Source: Candidatus Acetothermia bacterium JdFR-48 (GTDB lineage: Bacteria > Bipolaricaulota > Bipolaricaulia > Bipolaricaulales > Bipolaricaulaceae). From it: 64,000 nt of DNA. Shown piece after piece: positions 9,464 to 17,496 of the stretch (positions are counted from its first letter, which is position 1; each line of letters starts with the position of its first letter). The notes beneath the pieces are model-generated. The model searched no databases. It worked only from the letters and a program-made list of their open reading frames with translations, and was not told where the DNA came from. The DNA lies in contig MTNJ01000053.1 of NCBI GenBank assembly GCA_002011425.1, positions 11,418-75,417 on the forward strand, given 5' to 3'. Both the position numbers and the translations under genes were made by a program.

Positions 9464-10896
9464 CCTCCATGGCGAGAAAATGGGATGAAACCTATTGGGA
9501 GGAGATATTAAAGCCGTATCATCAATTCTGTCTTGAAAAGCTCTTCGACTACTTCGTCGATGTCCTCATAGCCAACGCAGTCGCCTTGCAGGAGGCCGGT
9601 TTCGACGACGCTATTGACGCGGTAGAAACATTAAATGCGTTGCGCGGTTCCCTCTCAGAGCTTGATCGGTCAGTAGAGGATCTCTATCTGGCTATACTGC
9701 ATCAGCTCGAAGAACGGTGCGATAGACGCACAGCAGGTGTCGTCCGTTTAGGTCTCTCCCGAAACGATGTGGATATGACCGTTTACCGCGCGTACATCAG
9801 GGACCGAGCCTGTGAATTGTTAGGTTCACTAAACGATATGAGAAAATTACTTCTGTCTTTAGCGCGCGAACAAACGGCTACTTACATCGTTGCGTATACC
9901 CATCACCAGCCAGCTCAACCGACCACTTTAGGCCATTATCTCGCAGCCGTTGAATGCCTATTAGCAAGAGATTTCCGTAGACTCTGGGAAGCTGTCAAGA
10001 ACGTTAACCGCTGTCCCCTCGGGGCCTCTGCCCTCGCTGGGACACCGTATGGAGTCGACCGAAATCTTTTAGCCGAATTGCTCGGCTTCGATGAACCAGT
10101 GGAACAGACCTATGATGCAATAGCGAGCGGGGACTGGGCCCTCGAACTCAGCTGTGCTTTAGGCGTCTTGGGATCTTCCCTTAGCCGCTTCGTTTGGGAT
10201 CTAATACATTGGGCAGAAAAAGGCGCCTTAAAGGTCCCCGAAGATTTGACCCAAGGCTCCTCGATAATGGTCCAGAAGAATAACCCCGTGGTCCTCGAAC
10301 ACTGTCGGGCCCTCACGGCCAAATTGTTGGGCGGTGTCGAAGCGATATCCGTATTAAATTTCAACACTCCCTTCGGGGACGTAAACGACCATACCGTACA
10401 TGTCTTAGGACCTTTGGAGGAACAAATAACATATGGACAAAGAGCCCTTAAACTTCTAAATGTCGTGCTGTCGAAAAGCACATTTGCAAAGGATACTTTG
10501 GCAAAAGAGTTTGAAAACAAGAACGTTCTAGCATCCGAGCTGGTCGACTACTTAGTGCTCACTGGCCACTGCGACCTCCTCGAGGCTCAGTTGAAGGTAA
10601 AACAACTCCTCGACGTGTTGGAACAGAAGGGAAAAGCACTCCCCCAAGCCCATTGGGAGGACTTCGTACAGTCCCTGGGGGTTGAAGACCGCAAATTCCT
10701 CGAGGCCCTAAAGCTCGAGGAATTTGCAGCCCGCCGGAGCGTGTTAGGGGGGTTATCTTTCGAAGCCCAAAGCGAACATCTCCGACGGGCCGAAAGCCGC
10801 TTATTCGAAGATATGAGGGAACTAAATCGACTGTTGGGACGGGTACAAGTAGCCCGGGAACGCTTGAGAAAATCTCTTGACAATGAAGGATTCTAG
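9460..10896 (+). CDS. Fumarate-lyase superfamily enzyme, argininosuccinate-lyase-like
   Basis: The three conserved lyase regions are present: GLSRNDVDMTVY, YTHHQPAQPTTLGHY and GSSIMVQKNN (fits G-S-x2-M-x2-K-x-N). The start is taken as the ATG at 9460, overlapping the permease stop as ATGA. The 36 upstream codons in the ORF track lie inside the permease gene. Confidence 0.75.
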   Translation: MTSMARKWDETYWEEILKPYHQFCLEKLFDYFVDVLIANAVALQEAGFDDAIDAVETLNALRGSLSELDRSVEDLYLAILHQLEERCDRRTAGVVRLGLSRNDVDMTVYRAYIRDRACELLGSLNDMRKLLLSLAREQTATYIVAYTHHQPAQPTTLGHYLAAVECLLARDFRRLWEAVKNVNRCPLGASALAGTPYGVDRNLLAELLGFDEPVEQTYDAIASGDWALELSCALGVLGSSLSRFVWDLIHWAEKGALKVPEDLTQGSSIMVQKNNPVVLEHCRALTAKLLGGVEAISVLNFNTPFGDVNDHTVHVLGPLEEQITYGQRALKLLNVVLSKSTFAKDTLAKEFENKNVLASELVDYLVLTGHCDLLEAQLKVKQLLDVLEQKGKALPQAHWEDFVQSLGVEDRKFLEALKLEEFAARRSVLGGLSFEAQSEHLRRAESRLFEDMRELNRLLGRVQVARERLRKSLDNEGF

Positions 10897-11569
10897 GGAC
10901 GTAGAACTCCAGTATTTTGGCCACGCATCGTTCTTATGGATCACACCTGACGGCGTGCGTATCCTGATAGACCCGTTCGGAAATTCACCCGAAAAGACAT
11001 GGTTTCTCAAGCCCTTCCCCCGTACTGCATGTGACATACTTCTGATTACACATCCTCATTTTGACCACAACGCATTCGAGAGGATAGAGGGTCGTCCCTC
11101 GATCATCAGAAACCCGATAGCCCTGGAAGGGGATGATTTCTACATCCGTGGTGTCATGGGGCGCCATGCTAAGGGGTATGGAGAAGAGTTCGACCAAGAA
11201 AATCTGATCTTCGTCCTCGAAATAGGGGGCATCGTCTTCTGCCATATAGGGGACAATCGGGCGGACCTCGGCAGGGACATTTTGAAGGCGATTGGGCTCA
11301 TTGATGTTTTACTGGTGCCCATTGATGGCCTAAATCACCTGCTCAACGATGCAGAGGTAGAGCGGCTCATCCAGAGCCTGAGACCCCTGATCGTGATACC
11401 TATGCATTATCATATTCCCGACTTAATGGCGCCGAAGATCCCTCTCGGCGGGATCGAAAAGTGGGTTTCACAGCGGGTGAATGCCAGAAATATAGAGTCC
11501 TCAACGGTCAAAATTTCTTCTTTGCCCGAACAGCGGGAAACCTGGGTATTCCGAGATTACGTAAGATAA
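10883..11569 (+). CDS. MBL-fold metal-dependent hydrolase (UPF0173/UlaG-like)
   Basis: VELQYFGHASFLWITPDGVRILIDPFG and LLITHPHFDHN (HxHxDH motif). The ATG at 10883 overlaps the end of the lyase gene by 14 nt. Confidence 0.8.
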   Translation: MKDSRDVELQYFGHASFLWITPDGVRILIDPFGNSPEKTWFLKPFPRTACDILLITHPHFDHNAFERIEGRPSIIRNPIALEGDDFYIRGVMGRHAKGYGEEFDQENLIFVLEIGGIVFCHIGDNRADLGRDILKAIGLIDVLLVPIDGLNHLLNDAEVERLIQSLRPLIVIPMHYHIPDLMAPKIPLGGIEKWVSQRVNARNIESSTVKISSLPEQRETWVFRDYVR

Positions 11570-11579
11570 TTTTCCACGG

Positions 11580-12524
11580 TCACAAATGTAGAAGCTGCAA
11601 GGCGTTTTCTCTAAATACTTTTTCGATTCCTTCTTCTGGGATCCCGGCTTCCAAGGCAGCGCGGTACTGTTCCCAAAAATAGGGTTCTACCCAGCCCCGT
11701 GGGAAATGGGAGGAATCGGTCCCGAAGATAATGCGTTCTGCTCCGAACAATTCGTAAAACAAACGGAACAGATCCTTAAGCGTGGGTTGAGGCCACATGT
11801 ACCGCGCCCACCTGTTGCTTCCCGAAGTGTCGACGTAAACGTTCTCGCAGCTCCACATCAGGTGCAGAAGTTCACGCAGGTACCCCGTACCGAAGTGAGG
11901 AACTACAAAGGCAATCTCCGGGAACCCCTTTGCAATGTCATGAAGTGTGAGCGGGTCGATGTTCGCTCCGGAGACTATTCCTGGAGGGTTAAGGGGGCCA
12001 AAATGTATGACCACCGGGATCTTCAAATCAGCACAGGTCTGCCATAACTTGTCCAATTTCGGATCGGTTAACTTATCTATTAAAAGGGGAGCGATAATCT
12101 TATACCCTCTGAGGCCAAGTTCTTTTACCGCGAAGGCCAATTCTTCTGGCGCATTCGGACCGAACGGGTCGTGGTGAGCCAAGCCGTGGAGCCTCGGGTA
12201 AGGCTGAATAGCTTTGGCTAAAGTCTCATTCCCCCCTCCAGTAAGAAACGCGATTCCAATCAGTCCATGCCTTTCAACCTCCATTGCATACCGGTCCGCG
12301 GCTTCTCTGGGCGGAGGTTGGGGTTCTTCTGGCTCAGGGAATCCATAGATATTCCACCATGATCTTTGTCTCTCCCTCCACCGCTTCTTCAACATCCCCC
12401 ATTTTTCTTCTCCATATCGGTGTTTGAAGGCGCGGGGCCATGACCGTGAAAGGGCCACAGGTTCAGGGGCGGGCAAATGCGCATGAAAATCAAAAATTTT
12501 AAACGGCAAAGATCTCTCCCACAT
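11580..12524 (-). CDS. Amidohydrolase-2 family protein (TIM-barrel metal hydrolase; lactonase/decarboxylase-like)
   Basis: N-terminal FDFHAHLP metal-binding motif, internal VVIHFG, and C-terminal IIFGTDSSHFP. Convergent with the MBL gene, 10 nt apart. Confidence 0.8.
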   Translation of the reverse strand: MWERSLPFKIFDFHAHLPAPEPVALSRSWPRAFKHRYGEEKWGMLKKRWRERQRSWWNIYGFPEPEEPQPPPREAADRYAMEVERHGLIGIAFLTGGGNETLAKAIQPYPRLHGLAHHDPFGPNAPEELAFAVKELGLRGYKIIAPLLIDKLTDPKLDKLWQTCADLKIPVVIHFGPLNPPGIVSGANIDPLTLHDIAKGFPEIAFVVPHFGTGYLRELLHLMWSCENVYVDTSGSNRWARYMWPQPTLKDLFRLFYELFGAERIIFGTDSSHFPRGWVEPYFWEQYRAALEAGIPEEGIEKVFRENALQLLHL

Positions 12525-13201
12525 CGTTTTACAACTATAACACTTTTACCTGAAAAGCTCGATAGAGAAGGGTCTTTGTTAGTGAATATTATGAAATTAC
12601 ATCCTGGAGTATATCGCGTTCGCCTGTCACAGGCGCTATACGTCCGCCGTTGGAGGTCGAAGCGGGCTGCATCAAGCAGGATGGAAGGATCTTTCACGAG
12701 CAGGAGCAGGGCGGGAGTTCCTTCCCCGCCGTGAGCCGAGATCGCCGACGACGGGGCCCCACCTGGCCGAGGCCTCCCACTGGTTGCTGAATGGAGCGAG
12801 CCCTACCGGGTCCCAATTCCCAAGTTCCGGGAGGCCAGGGGTGGGCTCGGCTTACACATGGACCAAAGGAGCCCAACGAGTTGATTGCAGCGTCCCCTTG
12901 TGCCACACAGGACGAGGGAGAGACGTGTCCGACTGGAACGGGTTTAAGGTTTTGGGCCGAATGAAGGGAGGAAAAATGCTCGACCAGACACGCGCTTTCA
13001 GAGACGTTTCTGATGCTTTGCTGCTAAGCTCAATTCCACTGTTCCCCATATGCCGGGTTGTTCTTTGGCCTCACAGTCCCGCTACTTGGAGTCCACAGAG
13101 GACGCAGCAGCCGGCAATGGTGAATTCAACGAACACCTCGCCTCTGATCGGCAGATAGGGGATTCTATCCCGGGGCGCTCGTCTAAAATGGTCTTCTACA
13201 T

Positions 13202-13639
13202 TCAATTTCGCGTGGCGGCTTCGGGTCGTGGTTCTCCGTGGAGTGCTCGGATCCACTCCTCGGGGACAGCCACGATGAAGGCGATCCGCCTTCCACCGGT
13301 GAGGTCCAGCACGAGGTGTTCCTTTCCGGCCCGCCGATATCCCCGGAACCAGCGCGCAAGCCGTGCCCCCTCGATTTCCCCTCGAGGCACAAGGATGGGG
13401 GCGCCCAGGAGAGGCCAGAACAGAAGCGCCCCTTCGGTGAGGGCAATGATCCCGTCGCCCCGGGGACGCCGCAGCCAGGAGGCCCCGGTGAACTTGGCCG
13501 GGACTGGCGGAATGAGGATCCGTTCATCGCTCGTGGAAAGTTCCGCCCTGGCCCGAGACAGCGGCCGCTGCAACGCCCACACTAAGCCTACCCTTACCGG
13601 GGCGAGAATGGTCCGCCACACGGAAAGTAAAAGATGCAC
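13202..13639 (-). CDS. Hypothetical protein, possibly a membrane-anchored PH-like domain
   Basis: 145 aa. GTG start preceded by GAGG. Hydrophobic N-terminus LLLSVWRTILAPVRVGLVWAL, then a beta-rich segment (ALLFWPLLGAPILVPRGEIEGARL...HLVLDLTGGRRIAFIV) resembling bacterial PH/GRAM-like domains. It is the only uninterrupted ORF in 12.5-16.3 kb. Confidence 0.45.
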   Translation of the reverse strand: MHLLLSVWRTILAPVRVGLVWALQRPLSRARAELSTSDERILIPPVPAKFTGASWLRRPRGDGIIALTEGALLFWPLLGAPILVPRGEIEGARLARWFRGYRRAGKEHLVLDLTGGRRIAFIVAVPEEWIRALHGEPRPEAATRN

Positions 13640-13775
13640 GAAAGACCTCGGCGACGATTATAGCCTCCCCCGATGGGCCATAATCCTTAAGCTCGACCAT
13701 TAACTTCTGATGCGGGCTCGAGGCGGTATCAAGCCTTGCAATGAGCATCTTAAACGGGCCCTTTCCAGTACTTTA

Positions 13776-14625
13776 CTACAAGGCCCCCGCTGTCGGTGCC
13801 GCTCGGATTTCCTTTGCATCCTGCCTTGGGACCTCTTCAAGAGGTTGCCCCTGGTCAAAACGATGTTGGACGGGACCCCAAGTGAATTCCTTACCGGGAT
13901 CAACAGCCTCCATGGAACAACTCCAAAGACTTAGGTGCCCCTATCGTCGAATCGGTAAATGGGGGGATACGATGCAAACACAAACGACGTTTAGATCTTA
14001 AAGCCTTCATTGCCGCAAAACCACGGCTTCGGTCAGGAAAAACCTTAATTAGGACATCTCCCCATGACCTTCCGCTTGGTCCAGGTCGGAAAAGCCCCAC
14101 TCTCACCAGGTTACACGGTCCCAAGGGGCACAGGCATCCCAGAATTCGATCGCTTCTTAGGCTCCCCAAGGTGGCAGATCAGAGACCAACGCTCAAACAA
14201 GGGAAAGTATGTAGCGACTGGCAGGTCGGGAGTATGGTGGTCGAAGAACGCCGAGGTCTGTTCATGATTTCTGCCGTCCTCGTTGGTCAGGGCACAAAAG
14301 GCCAGGATGTCAACGAACGGCCTTCTCATCGGCGCTGACCTCCTGGAGGTGATGATCATGCCCTCTGACACTTCTTTGCTGCCGCTTCTCCCTGATTTCA
14401 CGCTGGACAAGTGCCCTTCGCCGTCCCATCGCTTCCAAAGGTGGTGTTGAACGGTGCGTCGAGAAATTCGGCAAGCGAGATCCCCTGTTCCAGGAGTGTT
14501 CTCTTCAGGCTCCGATGCAAGTTCGGCTCCAAGTAGATCCGAGTTCGCTCCAGCTTGACATTCCCCCTTATGACACCAATTTCCGTCGGGATAGCGTTTT
14601 GCGGAATGGATAGGTGTTTGACCTC
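13776..14625 (-). pseudogene. Decayed vapBC-like toxin-antitoxin pair (RHH antitoxin remnant plus frameshifted PIN remnant)
   Basis: Minus-strand frame at 14625-14401 reads ...VKLERTRIYLEPNLHRSLKRTLLEQGISLAEFL..., a ribbon-helix-helix pattern, but has no canonical start before the beta-strand. Downstream, PIN-like pieces lie in three different frames: PFVDILAFCALTNEDG...; VLIKVFPDRSRGFAAMKALRSKRR...IPPFTDSTIGA; AVDPGKEFTWGPV. Confidence 0.35.
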
Positions 14626-14648
14626 TTATCACCCGCTATGCTTAGTTA

Positions 14649-15539
14649 ATGGGAAACTCGAGAGTGTTTTTTTCCTGCGCGAGGGCCATTCAACTTCGTC
14701 GCGGCGGCCCGTTCTCATGGATGGTGCAGCCTAGCACCGTTTCCGGGCACGAGGAGCGACGGGAACTCTCCCGTGTCAAGGAGCTTGGGAGCGGTATAGT
14801 GGTGTGGCTCAGGATGCGGGGTGTGGAAGGGGGCGTGACCGTGGAGATGGAGGCAGCCGGTGAGCTGGCCCAAGTCGGACCTGGCCGAAGTGCAGGAAAA
14901 GATCGCGTGGATGCTCCGGCTGGAGGAGGATTTCTCCGAGTTCTACGAGCTCTGCCGCACTGAGCCCAGCCTGGCCCAAGTACCGCAAAATCGTCTGGGT
15001 AGACTACTCCGCTCCGGCCTTGTTCGAAGACGTGATCAAGACGATCCTCACCACCAACACCACCTGGCCCCAGACCAAGGGGATGTGTGCCCGATTGGTG
15101 GCGTCCCTGGGAAGGCCCTTCCCGCTCGACCCCACCCTCCAAAGCTTTCCCTCCCCCAACGTAATCGCCGCGGTCGGCGAGGATTTTCTAGCCAAAGAAG
15201 TACGGTCGGTTGCCGGGCCCGTACGTGACGGAACTCGCCCGCCAGCTGGCCAACGGAGAGATGGATTTAGAGGGTTGGAAGTGGGAGGAACTCGAGACCC
15301 CAGAGCTCCGGCGGAGGTTGAAGGGCTTGAAAGGGGTGGGAGATTATGCCGTCGCCAACTTGCTCATGTGTCTTGGACGCCACGAGCTCCTTCCCAGGGA
15401 CTCCTGGGCCCGAAAGCTGATCAAGGCTAAGTTCTTCCCGGGGAAGGTGAGTGTGAAAGACCGGGAGTTGGCTGCGGCCTCCGACCGATTCGGCAAGTGG
15501 AAGTTCTTGGCCTACTGGTTCTACGATTGGAAAAAGTAG
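14649..15539 (+). pseudogene. HhH-GPD DNA glycosylase (AlkA / 3-methyladenine glycosylase II-like) interrupted by three +1 frameshifts
   Basis: One protein can be read across four ORF-track pieces (14649.., 14860.., 15020.., 15210..): ...VTVEMEAAGEL / SDLAEVQEKIAWMLRLEEDFSEFYELCRTEPSLAQVPQNRLGRLLRS / LFEDVIKTILTTNTTWPQTKGMCARLVASLGRPFPLDPTLQSFPSPNVIAAVGEDFLAKEVR / YVTELARQLANGEMDLE...LKGLKGVGDYAVANLLMCLGRHELLPRDSWARKLI (HhH-GPD). Total span is 297 codons. Confidence 0.7.
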
Positions 15540-15795
15540 TGGCCTCAACTTTGTGGGGGGCAGGTCTGACGGACCGAGCCCTGGTGGGGCGATATGGGCT
15601 TTACTTGCAGGGCCGGTGGAATCTACCGTGTGGTGTGAGGAAGTTCGAAAAACTGTCCCACCGGTTCCCTGGCTCTGTCTATAGTTATGGAGGAGACCTT
15701 TGTCGTCGGTATGGCGAAAGCTTCGTTTTCACCGTTTCACATAGCGAATTTCTGTCCACAGCGTCGAGACGCTGATCTACAGGGGGTCGATATAT

Positions 15796-16249
15796 ATGGT
15801 ATCGACTCTGTTTTTTGTGTTCCTGTACGTCCGCAAGGACCGCGACGTCCTCCCCACTTCATTGAGGGGAGGGCTGGCCGGGGTGAAGTTCACGTCCGGG
15901 TGGGCGGTGATCCTCGTGGCCACGGTGGGAAGTTCGCCGGAACCGATGTTATCTTCTATCTCGCGGTGTACCTCAAGCGCCTTCCGCGAGTGCGTGACTG
16001 GCAGGCCAAGAACCGCTACGCCAGGGTACTCATGGGTTTCGGCAAGCGTGGGTGGATCGATACGGAGCCCCGGCGTTGTTCTTCCTTCTCCTCATCCCCG
16101 GCTTCCCCGACACCGGGGCGGTGTACTTGCTAGCGGTGGCGGGGGGACGTCCCCTGGCCTTCTCCCTGGCGAGCGGTGGCGCGGCCGCGGTGCGCCTGAC
16201 ACTCGCCTACCTCCGCATCTGGGGGCCTGTCTCAATACCTCACGCGTAG
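15796..16249 (+). pseudogene. Small multidrug-export-like membrane protein (COG2426/PF06695-like) interrupted by two -1 frameshifts
   Basis: Readable across three frames: MVSTLFFVFLYV..LPTSLRGGLAGVKFTSGWAVILVATVG / KFAGTDVIFYLAVYLKRLPRVRDWQAKNRYARVLMGFGKRGW / RYGAPALFFLLLIPGFPDTGAVYLLAVAGGRPLAFSLASGGAAAVRLTLAYL. The family assignment is from memory of its pattern (..VE.RGAIP.G...LGN....YG..GL.LFVAIPLPGTGAW). Confidence 0.55.
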
Positions 16250-16257
16250 GTCCTGCT

Positions 16258-17316
16258 TCATTCGTAGTAAATCAAGCGATCCGCGCCGAGCGGCAAAGGG
16301 CTCTCTACCAAGACGAGCCCCAGGCGTGTCAACGGGGTCCACGGCCGTACGCCGAAAAGCCCGTATAGTGGGCTCCGCGTATCGGCCCATCCCATGACCA
16401 CCGTGGCCTTCCGGTGCCAACGGAAACGCACCAGCTCAAGTAAGCACTTCGCCACCCGAAGGTTTCCGGACGAGAACCACAACTTACTGAGGCCGAGTTC
16501 CCGTATGATCCCGTCCGGAGGCACGATCCGCATCGCCGCATTGAGGGCCTGCAAGATTTGGGGCATGCGCACTATGTGGAGCGTCCGCAGCCGATAGGTC
16601 TCGGTCATTCCCACGCCCGCCAACAGCCGGCCCCTGCTGTCCGCTGCCAGGAAATAGCGCCGCGCCGGCGTGGGAAAGGGGGAGCCGGCACACCATTCCC
16701 GGAGCATGTCAGCGGTGAAGGGTTCGTAGAGGTTGTATCCACGGTAGAAGGCGTTCAGATGGTTTGCGACCTCCCCGAACTCGTCCTCCCTGATCTCGCG
16801 TACGGCAATCCCGGCCGGCAGTCGTGGCGCTCGGGAGCGGGTTTTCATCGGCACCACGACGATTCGTCCCCCAAGAAACTGGCGTTGATATTTTCTTGCC
16901 GTCCGCTCCGATCCAGTGTTTCCCTGTTGGATGCTCGCCCAGATCACGCCCCCTTGTCCCACGCGGGCCCGAGCGAACTCCACCGCCTTCCCGAAGAGCG
17001 CCGTGGCTATGCCTCGGCGGCGGTAGTCCGGATGAACGACCAGGGTATTGAGCAGGGCAAAGGGACGGACGTCCCCCTCGAACTGACAGCGTCCGAACCG
17101 TATAAGACACGCCCCCACTAGCTTCTGTCCGCTCTCCGCTCCGAAGCCGATGAAACCTCCCTGGAAGAACTGGTAAGCTACCAGGGGGTGGATTTCGAAA
17201 TGTAACGAGAAACCAACCGCGCCGGTGTCAGGACTTTCCTCTTGGAGGCTTCCCACGTCGGGCGCGTCCCTGGGACTGAGCTTCCGGACGGAAACCTCGG
17301 ATCTCGCCTTCACCAC
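16258..17316 (-). CDS. GNAT-family N-acetyltransferase (two-domain, 352 aa)
   Basis: Acetyl-CoA binding motif LVVHPDYRRRGIATALFGKAVEFA. GTG start. Confidence 0.8.
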   Translation of the reverse strand: MVKARSEVSVRKLSPRDAPDVGSLQEESPDTGAVGFSLHFEIHPLVAYQFFQGGFIGFGAESGQKLVGACLIRFGRCQFEGDVRPFALLNTLVVHPDYRRRGIATALFGKAVEFARARVGQGGVIWASIQQGNTGSERTARKYQRQFLGGRIVVVPMKTRSRAPRLPAGIAVREIREDEFGEVANHLNAFYRGYNLYEPFTADMLREWCAGSPFPTPARRYFLAADSRGRLLAGVGMTETYRLRTLHIVRMPQILQALNAAMRIVPPDGIIRELGLSKLWFSSGNLRVAKCLLELVRFRWHRKATVVMGWADTRSPLYGLFGVRPWTPLTRLGLVLVESPLPLGADRLIYYE

Positions 17317-17496
17317 AATCCCCGGGGTTCTCCAAATGGAGGAGCCCCGTCCTCACCTCCCGCCGTGAATTGAAGTGCGCCTCCACCGTAGCGCTCGACC
17401 CCGATGGCGTCAAGCCGTAATTCGCCACCCACTGACCCTTTCCTTGTGAGAGGAGATGCTTGCTGCCTTCGGGGGATCCGTTACGCGGACCTCTGT

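Noticed and set aside
17230-17241. Minus-strand GAGGAAAGTCCT resembling the RNase P RNA P4 motif GAGGAAAGUCC
   Set aside because: It lies inside the GNAT coding frame (LQEESPDTG). None of the other RNase P conserved blocks are nearby.
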